IMG/VR virus record: IMGVR_UViG_3300045988_017219
Source: a virus
DNA: 42,166 nt
Direction: 5' to 3' (one strand)
Part shown: in pieces, positions 7,727 to 15,383 of the stretch
Layout of the letters: each line of letters starts with the position of its first letter
Position numbering within the stretch: position 1 is the first letter of the stretch
Notes under the pieces: generated by a model
What the model was told of the DNA's origin: nothing
The model's input: the letters and a program-made list of their open reading frames with translations, nothing else
Database searches by the model: none
Translations under genes and position numbers: made by a program

Positions 7727-8811
7727 TCTCTGACCGTGACCGCATTTCCACCCGGCAGCTGAACCGCCTGCGCCGCCGCATTTTGCGGGTATACGGCACA
7801 GCCCGCCGGGAAATGACCGAGCAGCTCACCGAGTTTCTTGGGAAGTACCGAGCGTTGGACGAGCGCAAGCGGGCGCAGCTGGATGTGGGCGAGATCACCG
7901 AAGAGGATTACCGCATCTGGCTGCAAAATCAGGTCTTTCAGTCCGATTTGATGCACGCTAAGCTGGACGGCATCACCCAGACCTGTACCACAGCACAGCA
8001 GACGGCCTACAAGCTGGCCCGGGATGAGCAATACAATATCTTTTCCTTTGGCGCAAACTGGGCTTTCTACGAGCTGGAACAGGCCGCAGGCGTGACGTTC
8101 GGGCTGACCCTGTACAATACCGAAGCAGTCAAGCTGCTGCTGAAGGAAAACCCCAAGCTGGTGCCAAACAAGCGCATCAAGAGCGAGAGCAACCGCACCT
8201 ATGACGCCCGGGTGTTCAACCGCTACGTCATGCAAGGCATCGTGCAGGGCAAGAGCGTCCACGACATCGCCGTGCAGGCCGTCAACGGCATGGCTGATAC
8301 AGAGATCCACTGGGCCATGAACAACGCCATCACGGCGCTCACAGGCGCTCAGAACGCCGGGGCATTGCAGCAGATGCGCAACGCCAAGGCTCTGGGCATC
8401 GAGGTCAAAAAGCGGTGGAACTCCACCCACGACTACCGTACCCGTGAGATGCACCGCCTGCTGGATCAGCAGACGGCAGAGCTTGACGAGCCGTTCAAGG
8501 TCATGGGCTACAAGATACAGCGCCCCGGGGACCCCAACGCCGCGCCGGAGATGGTTTACCACTGCCGCTGTGTGCTGTCCTCTGCGCTGGGCAAGTACCC
8601 CAGGCAGAACGCCGCCCGGCGGGAAAATATCGTCACATACGAAGACACGGGTATGGTGGACGCCAAAGGCAAGCCCATAAAAGTGGCAGTAAAGAAAGCC
8701 GTGCCGGTTATGACCTATACCGAGTGGTATAAATCCAAGGGCGGCACGGAAGCCGAACAAATGTGGTGGGCAAAAGAGCGGGAGCGCAAGAAAAAGGAGA
8801 AGGTAAAATGA
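7723..8811 (+). CDS. Head morphogenesis / minor capsid protein (SPP1 gp7, Phage_Mu_F family)
   Basis: Position is after the portal gene. The motif region WNSTHDYRTREMHRLLDQQ...PGDPNAAPEMVYHCRCVL is typical of MuF-like proteins. Confidence 0.85.
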   Translation: MISDRDRISTRQLNRLRRRILRVYGTARREMTEQLTEFLGKYRALDERKRAQLDVGEITEEDYRIWLQNQVFQSDLMHAKLDGITQTCTTAQQTAYKLARDEQYNIFSFGANWAFYELEQAAGVTFGLTLYNTEAVKLLLKENPKLVPNKRIKSESNRTYDARVFNRYVMQGIVQGKSVHDIAVQAVNGMADTEIHWAMNNAITALTGAQNAGALQQMRNAKALGIEVKKRWNSTHDYRTREMHRLLDQQTAELDEPFKVMGYKIQRPGDPNAAPEMVYHCRCVLSSALGKYPRQNAARRENIVTYEDTGMVDAKGKPIKVAVKKAVPVMTYTEWYKSKGGTEAEQMWWAKERERKKKEKVK

Positions 8812-8820
8812 TTGAGTATA

Positions 8821-8848
8821 AAAATAAAGCCCTGCCTCCCGGCAGGGT
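8821..8848 (-). terminator. Terminator for the minus-strand XRE gene
   Basis: GCCCTGCC-TCCC-GGCAGGGT hairpin. The U-tract is present only on the minus strand (the + strand shows AAAATAAA before the stem). Confidence 0.45.
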
Positions 8849-8854
8849 GTAGGG

Positions 8855-9073
8855 TCACTGTTCGGATTTATCCGGCACATATTCCAGTATGTCGCCGGGC
8901 TGGCAATTCAGAACGGTGCAAATTTTTTCAAGAACCCCGATGGGGAGCTGTTTGACCGTTCCAAGGCAAAGAGCCGAGATAGTTGGAGGACGAATCCCGG
9001 TTACTTCGGCAAGTTCCTTTTGCGTCATGTTTGCATCTGCGAGTAACGCTTTCAGATGATAACGAATCGACAT
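8855..9073 (-). CDS. XRE-family HTH transcriptional regulator
   Basis: MSIRYHLKALLADANMTQKELAEVTGIRPPTISALC is a classic Cro/CI-type HTH. RBS AGAGGTG lies before the ATG at 9073. It is divergent from the antirepressor cassette. Confidence 0.8.
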   Translation of the reverse strand: MSIRYHLKALLADANMTQKELAEVTGIRPPTISALCLGTVKQLPIGVLEKICTVLNCQPGDILEYVPDKSEQ

Positions 9074-9169
9074 CTCTTTCACCTCTTTCTTACATCTATA
9101 ATACTACGACTTTCGTTTCAAATCAATACGAAAAAAGAAATTATTTTCAAGAAACTAACGAAAAACGTA

Positions 9170-9198
9170 TTGACTGATTACGCAAATCGTAGTATAAT
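9170..9198 (+). promoter_or_regulatory. Consensus-like sigma-70 promoter TTGACT-17 nt-TATAAT driving the antirepressor cassette
   Basis: Read directly. The short inverted repeat CGTA...TACG brackets the -35 box. Confidence 0.7.
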
Positions 9199-9235
9199 AT
9201 ATCTTGTGAGTGAGAGGGGCGGAAAGGAGACGCCC

Positions 9236-9331
9236 ATGAAGTTCAAGGATTTCAAGAAGCTGAACCCCGAAGAACAGCGCAAGAAGTTTGAACAGTACAA
9301 AAAAGAGTGGTTAGCTGCTCGTAACAACTAA
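9236..9331 (+). CDS. Conserved 31-aa Lys-rich peptide MKFKDFKKLNPEEQRKKFEQYKKEWLAARNN
   Basis: The SD AAGGAG lies in the loop of a GGGCG/CGCCC hairpin just before the ATG. A paralog at 27281..27376 (-) shares 24 of 31 residues, and many of the nucleotide differences are synonymous. Confidence 0.6.
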   Translation: MKFKDFKKLNPEEQRKKFEQYKKEWLAARNN

Positions 9332-9426
9332 CCACTCGAAGATAAGAGAAACCAACCCAACAAAAAAGCTCCTCTTACTCACATTTTATTTTATTTATAA
9401 GAAAAAGTCAAGTAAAATGTGAGGTC

Positions 9427-9717
9427 ATGATGATGCAAACAAGCAAAATCGCAAGCGCAGAGTTTGAGTTGGACATGGTTTCCGGTGAGCTCCAGACGAT
9501 GCACAACCTGTTGAACATCTTTGCAAACTGGTTTGAGGAGACCCACAAGACGGATGATCTGATCCGCCCACGCAACGAGCGTGATGTTTCCCGCCTGTGG
9601 GATGAAGCGCCTATGTATGATTCCATCCTGTGCACGCTGTTCGGCAGCATCTCTGGTCTGGAGAAAGAAGTAAACGCAATCATTGATGAAAGCAATAAGG
9701 AGATTTCTCATGTCTAA
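9427..9717 (+). CDS. Hypothetical 96-aa protein, paralog of 26906..27190
   Basis: RBS GAGG. It shares blocks with the paralog: ELELD.VSGEL.TMH.LLNIFANWFEETHKTD, EAPMY and GLEKEV. Confidence 0.65.
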   Translation: MMMQTSKIASAEFELDMVSGELQTMHNLLNIFANWFEETHKTDDLIRPRNERDVSRLWDEAPMYDSILCTLFGSISGLEKEVNAIIDESNKEISHV

Positions 9718-10465
9718 TATTCAGATTTTCAACTACCAGAACAACGAAGTTCGCACCGTGGAGCTGAACGGCGATCCGTGGTTCGTCCTGAAGGACGTGT
9801 GCAGCACGCTGAACATCAGCAACCAGAGATACGTTCAGGAGCGACTTGACCCTGATGAGGTGGGTAGGTTTGACCTCCCCCACCCCCAGAACCCCGAAAA
9901 GACCATCGAAATGGTTTGCGTCAACGAGTCCGGTCTGTACAACGTCATCCTGCGCAGCGACAAGCCGGAGGCAAAGCCCTTCCGCAAGTGGGTCACGTCC
10001 GAGGTGCTGCCGTCCATCCGCAAGAACGGCGGGTACATCGCCGGGCAGGAGCAGCTCACCCCGGAGGAGCTGATGGCAAAGGCGCTGCTTGTGGCGAACA
10101 AGACCCTTGCAGACCGGGAAGCCCGCATTTGTGAGCTGACCGCACAGAATAGCCAGCTTAACGTGGAGAAGCAGATCATGCAGCCCAAGGCAGAATACTT
10201 CGACGAACTGGTTGACCGCAACCTGTTGACCAATTTCCGGGAGACAGCCAAAGAGCTGGGCATCAAGCCAAAAGCCTTTGTGGCGTGGCTTCTGGACAAG
10301 AAATTCCTTTACTGTGACCAGAAAGGCAAGTTGCTGCCCCGTGAGGACAAGAACAACGGCCTGTTTGAGGTCAAGGAAGCCAAGAACGACAAGACCCAGT
10401 GGAGCGGCGTGCAGACGCTCATCACCCCCAAAGGCCGTGAGACGTTCCGGCTGCTGTACCTGTAA
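9710..10465 (+). CDS. Antirepressor: BRO-N domain + KilA-C/ANT domain
   Basis: The N-terminus IQIFNYQNNEVRTVELNGDPWFVLKDVC...ESGLYNVILRSDKPEAKPFRKWVTSEVLPSIRKNGGY is canonical BRO-N. The C-terminus AEYFDELV...TNFRETAKELGI is ANT-like. Confidence 0.85.
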   Translation: MSNIQIFNYQNNEVRTVELNGDPWFVLKDVCSTLNISNQRYVQERLDPDEVGRFDLPHPQNPEKTIEMVCVNESGLYNVILRSDKPEAKPFRKWVTSEVLPSIRKNGGYIAGQEQLTPEELMAKALLVANKTLADREARICELTAQNSQLNVEKQIMQPKAEYFDELVDRNLLTNFRETAKELGIKPKAFVAWLLDKKFLYCDQKGKLLPREDKNNGLFEVKEAKNDKTQWSGVQTLITPKGRETFRLLYL

Positions 10466-10477
10466 CTGAATCACCGA

Positions 10478-10507
10478 CCCTGCCCCACACCGGGGCGGGG
10501 TTTTGTT
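10478..10507 (+). terminator. Rho-independent terminator ending the antirepressor cassette
   Basis: CCCTGCCCC-ACACC-GGGGCGGGG followed by TTTTGTT. Confidence 0.65.
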
Positions 10508-10523
10508 ATACATGGAGTATAGC

Positions 10524-10976
10524 ATGAATTTCAACTACGACATCAAATTCACCGACAACACCCCGCAGCTGCATGAGGCGCTGGATTCATGGGCGGAGCG
10601 GGTGCTTACCATCTGGGGCATGAAGGTGCAGGACTACGCCCAGCTGCTTGTGCCTACTGGCACGGAGGAAAGCACAGGCATACAGGGCTATGTGGGCGGT
10701 GCGCTCAAGCAGAGCCTGACCTACGCCCTCGACCTCGCAAAAAAGACCGTGACCATCGGCAGCAATCTGTTTTACAGCGTGTATGTGGAGCTGGGCACGG
10801 GCGTCTTTGCCGAGAAGGGCAACGGACGAAAAACGCCGTGGGTCTGGAAGGACTTTAACGGCAAGTGGCACTTTACCCGGGGCATGAAAGCCCGTCCGTT
10901 CCTCCGCCCGGCGGTGGAGGACCACATTGAAGAGCTGCGGCAGATCGCCGTGGAGGAAGGGAACAAGGAGGCGTAA
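10524..10976 (+). CDS. HK97 gp10-family head-tail/tail-completion protein
   Basis: RBS GGAG lies before the ATG at 10524. The segment YSVYVELGTG...ARPFLRPAVE fits the gp10 family pattern. Its position ahead of the scaffold gene is unusual. Confidence 0.65.
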   Translation: MNFNYDIKFTDNTPQLHEALDSWAERVLTIWGMKVQDYAQLLVPTGTEESTGIQGYVGGALKQSLTYALDLAKKTVTIGSNLFYSVYVELGTGVFAEKGNGRKTPWVWKDFNGKWHFTRGMKARPFLRPAVEDHIEELRQIAVEEGNKEA

Positions 10977-10979
10977 TTT

Positions 10980-11195
10980 ATGAATTTGGAGAAAATGTTC
11001 AAAACACCAAAAGAAAAGTTCCTGCCCGATGATGTGAAAACTGCGCACTGCGAGGCAGAAGACCTTTTCCTTGAGCTTGCAACGCAGCTTGACGCACTTC
11101 CTGAAAGCCGAGAAAAAAGTCTGTGCATGACAAAATTACAGGAAGCGAAGTTTTGGGCGGTCGAATGTATCACCAAAGTTGCACGCAAAAACTAA
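10980..11195 (+). CDS. Hypothetical 71-aa protein
   Basis: ORF of good coding look, followed by a hairpin plus T-tract. No family recognised. Confidence 0.5.
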   Translation: MNLEKMFKTPKEKFLPDDVKTAHCEAEDLFLELATQLDALPESREKSLCMTKLQEAKFWAVECITKVARKN

Positions 11196-11235
11196 ATACT
11201 CAGCGGTTGGCGCACAGCGTCAGCCGCTTTTTTAT

Positions 11236-11312
11236 GCCGCTTTAGCTCAGGCCGGCAGAGCACCGGATTTGTAATCCGGGGGCCGTGGGTTCAAGCCCCA
11301 CAGGCGGCACCA
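11236..11312 (+). tRNA. trnT: tRNA-Thr (anticodon TGT), CCA end encoded
   Basis: I hand-folded a cloverleaf. Acceptor GCCGCTT/AGGCGGC, D-arm GCTC-AGGCCGGCA-GAGC, anticodon stem CCGGA/TCCGG with loop TTTGTAA, T-arm GTGGG-TTCAAGC-CCCAC, discriminator A, then CCA. Confidence 0.9.
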
Positions 11313-11387
11313 CACCGGCAGCACGTCCGGCAAATAAACCTTATTGCCAAGCATGGCAGCCCGAGCAAGGGCAGAAAGGACTATCAC

Positions 11388-11975
11388 ATGGCACTTGAGA
11401 GAAAAGACCTCCGCGCAATTCTGGAGGATGAGACCGTGGACGTCAGCGGCAAGATGAAGAAGATTCTGGACATGCTGCACACCGAAACGGACGCTCTTCA
11501 GAACCAGCTGGATGACGCCAAGGCCGCGACCGCCAAGGCCGAGAAGGAGCGGGACGCCGCCGCCAACGGCAAGACCATTGCGGAAAAGGCGCTGACCGAT
11601 TACAAGGCCCAGCAGACCCAGAGAGACGCCCACGCAGCAAAGGAAGCCAAGTTCCGGGAGTTGCTGAAGTCCGCCGGGGTGCTGGACAAGTATGCTGATC
11701 GGGTCGTGCGGCTGTCTGGCGAGGATATCGACAAGCTGGAGCTGGACGATAAGGGCAACGTCAAGGACGCCAAGAAGCACGCCGACAGCCTGAAAGCTGA
11801 TTGGAGCGACTTCGTAGGCACTACGACCACCACCGGCGCGAAGGTGGACAACCCGCCCACCAACACCGGCTCCAAAATGACCAAAGACCAAATTTTTGCA
11901 ATCAAGGACGCTGGCGAACGCCAGGCCGCGATTGCTGCAAATGCCGACCTGTTTACAGGCGGCGGAAAGGAATAA
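11388..11975 (+). CDS. Scaffolding protein (GP20-like)
   Basis: It lies directly before the major capsid gene. It is a charged coiled-coil protein (LQNQLDDAKAATAKAEKERDAA...). Confidence 0.7.
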   Translation: MALERKDLRAILEDETVDVSGKMKKILDMLHTETDALQNQLDDAKAATAKAEKERDAAANGKTIAEKALTDYKAQQTQRDAHAAKEAKFRELLKSAGVLDKYADRVVRLSGEDIDKLELDDKGNVKDAKKHADSLKADWSDFVGTTTTTGAKVDNPPTNTGSKMTKDQIFAIKDAGERQAAIAANADLFTGGGKE

Positions 11976-11978
11976 CAT

Positions 11979-12878
11979 ATGGCAGCAAAAGAAGGTATCA
12001 CCATGACCACCGATATCACCGTAGCCGCGCGTGAAATCGACTTTGTGACCCGCTTCCAGCGCAACTGGGACCATCTGCGCACCATTCTGGGCATCATGCG
12101 CCCCATCCGGATGCAGCCTGGCACCGTGCTCAAGAGCAAGTATGCACAGGGCACCCTGCAGAGCGGCACCGTGGGCGAGGGCGAAGAGATCCCGTTCAGC
12201 AAGTACACCGTCAAGGAGAAGGAGTACGGCAAGATCACCATCGACAAGTACGGCAAGTCTGTCACCATTGAGGCAATCCAGAATTACGGATACGATGTCG
12301 CCGTGCAGAAGACCGATGATGAGTTCCTGTACGACCTGACCGCTCTGGTAACGGATAAGTTCTACAAGTTCCTGAACACCGGCACCCTGAAGGGCACTCC
12401 CAAGACCTTCCAGATGGCGCTGGCACATGCCAAGGGCGCGGTCGAGAACAAGTTCAAGACCATGCATCGCACCGTGACCGGCGTTGTTGGCTTTGTCAAC
12501 GTGATGGACGTGTACGACTATCTGGGCAATGCCAATATCACCGTGCAGAACCAGTTCGGCTTCCAGTACATCAAGGACTTCATGGGTTACAACACCATCT
12601 TCCTGCTGTCCGACAGTGAGATCGCGAAGGGAAAGGTTATTGCCACCCCGGTAGACAACATCGTCATGTACTATGTGGATCCTGCGGATAGCGAGTTTGC
12701 CCGCGCAGGTCTGGTCTACCGGACCGCAGGCGAGGCAAGCAACCTCATCGGCTTCCACACTCAGGCAAACTACAGCACCGCAACCTCCGAGAGCTACGCC
12801 ATTATGGGCGTGACCCTGTTTGCTGAGTATCTGGACGGTATCGCTGTCGAGACCATTACCCCGGGTGAATCGGTCTAA
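11979..12878 (+). CDS. Major capsid protein (HK97-fold, SPP1 gp13-like)
   Basis: Supported by position, size, and typical text (REIDFVTRFQRNWDHLRTILGIMRPIR...). Confidence 0.85.
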   Translation: MAAKEGITMTTDITVAAREIDFVTRFQRNWDHLRTILGIMRPIRMQPGTVLKSKYAQGTLQSGTVGEGEEIPFSKYTVKEKEYGKITIDKYGKSVTIEAIQNYGYDVAVQKTDDEFLYDLTALVTDKFYKFLNTGTLKGTPKTFQMALAHAKGAVENKFKTMHRTVTGVVGFVNVMDVYDYLGNANITVQNQFGFQYIKDFMGYNTIFLLSDSEIAKGKVIATPVDNIVMYYVDPADSEFARAGLVYRTAGEASNLIGFHTQANYSTATSESYAIMGVTLFAEYLDGIAVETITPGESV

Positions 12879-12899
12879 CCTGCAAGGGGGTGACTTTGC

Positions 12900-13310
12900 A
12901 TGACCGTCCCTGAGCTGTGCGTCTACACGCACAATTTCTTTGACCGGGCAGACGACCCAATTGCCGGGGAGTTTGTCTTTGAGCCGGATACCGTTCCCGC
13001 CGGGGTAGTGCCGGGTCAGTATTTCCTCGTGTGCGGCTCTATCTTTAATGATGGCGTGCACATGGCCGGAGACGGAGACCTCACCGCCGAGACGTTTAAC
13101 GGCACAGTGCAGCCCATGCGGGTGCCGCCTGCTTTTGTGGAGCTGGCCCGGAAGATCACCGACTACGACGCAAGACTCCCCTCCGGCGGTATGTATGTGT
13201 CGCAGTCGTTCAATGGGTGGTCCGGGTCCATGGCGACCGGATCCGACGGACTCCCTGCGGATGGTCTGACCCGGTACCGCAAGGAGATCAACCAATGGAG
13301 GAAACTGTAA
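12900..13310 (+). CDS. Putative head-tail connector / head completion protein
   Basis: RBS AAGGGGG. Called from gene order after the capsid gene. Confidence 0.55.
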   Translation: MTVPELCVYTHNFFDRADDPIAGEFVFEPDTVPAGVVPGQYFLVCGSIFNDGVHMAGDGDLTAETFNGTVQPMRVPPAFVELARKITDYDARLPSGGMYVSQSFNGWSGSMATGSDGLPADGLTRYRKEINQWRKL

Positions 13311-13681
13311 TGGCAGTCAACGACTTTGTCCGGAACACCGTCATGGACGGTTTCAGCCGGAAATTCTGCTTTCTGGAAAAAAAGCTCGTTTCTGATGGGC
13401 TGTTCGGCTCCACCACCACATGGGTGCCGGGGCTGGAATTCGAGGGCGTAGAACGCCACGACACCACCATTGAGGCACAGCAGGCCGAGCAGCAGGGCAC
13501 CGCTTCCACCTATTCGATCTACGTTGACAAGGGCGTTCAACTCGCCCCCTTCGACCGCATCAAGCGGTTGGAGGACGCGCAGGTATTCGAGGTCACATCT
13601 GCCAGCGCAGACAAGCTGTCTCCGGCGGAAAGCGGGATGAACCTTGCAGTTGTCCAGTGCAAAAAGGCGGTGTTGACCTGA
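13310..13681 (+). CDS. Putative head closure / head-tail adaptor protein
   Basis: TAATG overlap start with RBS GGAGGAAA. Size and order are typical of SPP1 gp16-like proteins. Confidence 0.6.
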   Translation: MAVNDFVRNTVMDGFSRKFCFLEKKLVSDGLFGSTTTWVPGLEFEGVERHDTTIEAQQAEQQGTASTYSIYVDKGVQLAPFDRIKRLEDAQVFEVTSASADKLSPAESGMNLAVVQCKKAVLT

Positions 13682-14058
13682 TGGGCACAGCAGAAGCCAT
13701 TACAACGGCGCTGAACAGCTTTTTTGTGCTGTTTGATATTCCTGTGTACCCGGATGATTTTGTGCCGCAGGGCGCTTCCTTGCCCTATATCACAGTGCTG
13801 CCGGTCATTCCCAAAGGATTTGACGAGAGCAGCACCTTCCACGCGCGGCTGTGGTATCCGGTGGACGGCGGAAAGCTGCCCATCATCCGCAAAACAGACG
13901 AGATCCGCGCTGCCCTTGGCGATGGGCTTACCATCGAGTGCGAGGGCGGCGCGATCCTTTTATGCGCAGGCAACCCGTGGGCGCAGTCTATGGACAACCC
14001 ACCGGAAAAATACCTGTGCACATACCTTACTTTTGACGTCACATCCTTTGTGGTGTGA
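13681..14058 (+). CDS. Putative tail completion / tail terminator protein
   Basis: TGATG overlap start. It sits just before the major tail gene. Confidence 0.5.
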   Translation: MGTAEAITTALNSFFVLFDIPVYPDDFVPQGASLPYITVLPVIPKGFDESSTFHARLWYPVDGGKLPIIRKTDEIRAALGDGLTIECEGGAILLCAGNPWAQSMDNPPEKYLCTYLTFDVTSFVV

Positions 14059-14071
14059 GAAAGGATAACGC

Positions 14072-14632
14072 ATGAACAAAATGTATCACGCCATTTCGGC
14101 AGATGCTTTCAAAAAACTTCAGTTTCAGGCGGGTGCGCTGCTCAAGAAGTTTGACCCGGCGGGTACAACCCCCATTGCTGCAGAAGATCTTATCTGCCTG
14201 ACCTCCGGCGGCATCACCATTTCCTGCAAGCCCAACACCATTGATCTGGGCGAGGATCTGGACGAAGTGCCCGAGAACACCTACCAGCTCAAGCACATCA
14301 CCAGCTGGGATTGCGGTATGTCCACCACCTGCATGACCGTGAGCGCCGACACCATTAAGCTGGAGCTGGGCGCTGCGGACGTTGAAACCAACAAAATCAC
14401 CGTGCGCGAAGACTACAAGGACACGGACTTCCAGGACATCTGGTGGCATGGCAACCTGATCGGCGGCGGTTATGCCGCGGTTAAGCTGATGAAGGCTGTG
14501 AGCGATGGCGGCATCGAGCTGAAAACCACCAAGGACGGAAAGGGCAACATCAGCCTGAGCTTGAAGGGTCACTACGACATGACCGACACCAGCAAGGTGC
14601 CTATGGAGTTCTACGTCAAGGAGGCAGAATAA
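14072..14632 (+). CDS. Major tail protein
   Basis: Order (before the chaperone pair and tape measure), size, and a beta-rich sequence. Confidence 0.7.
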   Translation: MNKMYHAISADAFKKLQFQAGALLKKFDPAGTTPIAAEDLICLTSGGITISCKPNTIDLGEDLDEVPENTYQLKHITSWDCGMSTTCMTVSADTIKLELGAADVETNKITVREDYKDTDFQDIWWHGNLIGGGYAAVKLMKAVSDGGIELKTTKDGKGNISLSLKGHYDMTDTSKVPMEFYVKEAE

Positions 14633-15100
14633 ATGATCCTTACCATCAATCTTGACCCCGTGGAAGCGCTGCCCAAGCTGTATGATGCGGTGGACGGAAT
14701 CACACGCATGGTCATGGACGCAAAGGACAACGTGGATAACCCGGAGACCAAGGCAGCTCGGGAGACCATTGTTGCGAACGCCCTGAAGATGCTGGGTGCA
14801 GAGCCGCAGCCCGGTGAAAAGAAAAAGCTGACACCGCGCGAGTTTGCGCTTGCCGCGCTGGACTTTGTCAAGCCTCTGATGAAACTTGACCCTGAGCGCA
14901 CCGTGAACGCCCTGCACCAGCTGTACACGCTGGAAGAGGGCGAAAAAGACACCCTGCCCAAGGCGTTTACTGCACTTACCAAGTCCGTGATGCAGAAAGA
15001 CGTGCAGGATTTTTTGTCCTCGCTGGCAGACTTGAACGGCCTGAGTTTTGGCACTACGTCTGCCGAGCCGACCTCCAGCATCTCCGCGCATACGGCTTAA
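14633..15100 (+). CDS. Tail assembly chaperone (gpG analogue)
   Basis: Immediately upstream of the tape measure gene, acidic, and contains a slippery site at 15010-15016. Confidence 0.65.
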   Translation: MILTINLDPVEALPKLYDAVDGITRMVMDAKDNVDNPETKAARETIVANALKMLGAEPQPGEKKKLTPREFALAALDFVKPLMKLDPERTVNALHQLYTLEEGEKDTLPKAFTALTKSVMQKDVQDFLSSLADLNGLSFGTTSAEPTSSISAHTA

Positions 15101-15369
15101 AGTATTTCGTATGGTTCGTCATCAGCGAGATGCGGGAACAGCAGCGCACAAGAGCATACCAGCTGTACACGGCTGATATGCTTTATCTTTGTGCTGTATC
15201 TCTTGGTCAGCCGGTGGAGAAGCCCTTCAGCGAGATCATGGCAGAGTACGACAAGCCACTATCTGAGCGCAGGCACGAGACTACGCTGGAGGAAGCGCAG
15301 GCGTGCTGGGAAAAGACCCTTGCAGACAGTAAAAAAGCCGCAGAGCAGAACGGAGGTGGTGGAATCTGA
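14633..15369 (+). CDS. Tail assembly chaperone -1 frameshift product (gpGT analogue), predicted
   Basis: The -1 frame is open from 14890 to the TGA at 15367-15369. The heptamer T TTT TTG at 15010-15016 is in the zero-frame phase X XXY YYZ. Confidence 0.45.
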
Positions 15370-15383
15370 ACATTTTTAATTTG

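Noticed and set aside
11247-13295. Very long minus-strand ORFs. This one is 682 aa. Others are 7477-8880, 14039-15091, 19519-20424, 20288-21184, 27845-28681, 28970-29881, 36966-38144, 39264-40358 and 40007-40981, plus the + strand ORFs 26187-27227 and 32213-33190.
   Set aside because: All lie antisense to genes with clear family signatures (capsid, MuF-like, chaperone, RecT, integrase and others). Their translations are Arg/Gly/His/Leu/Val-rich with no motifs or RBS. Long open antisense frames are expected in GC-rich coding DNA.
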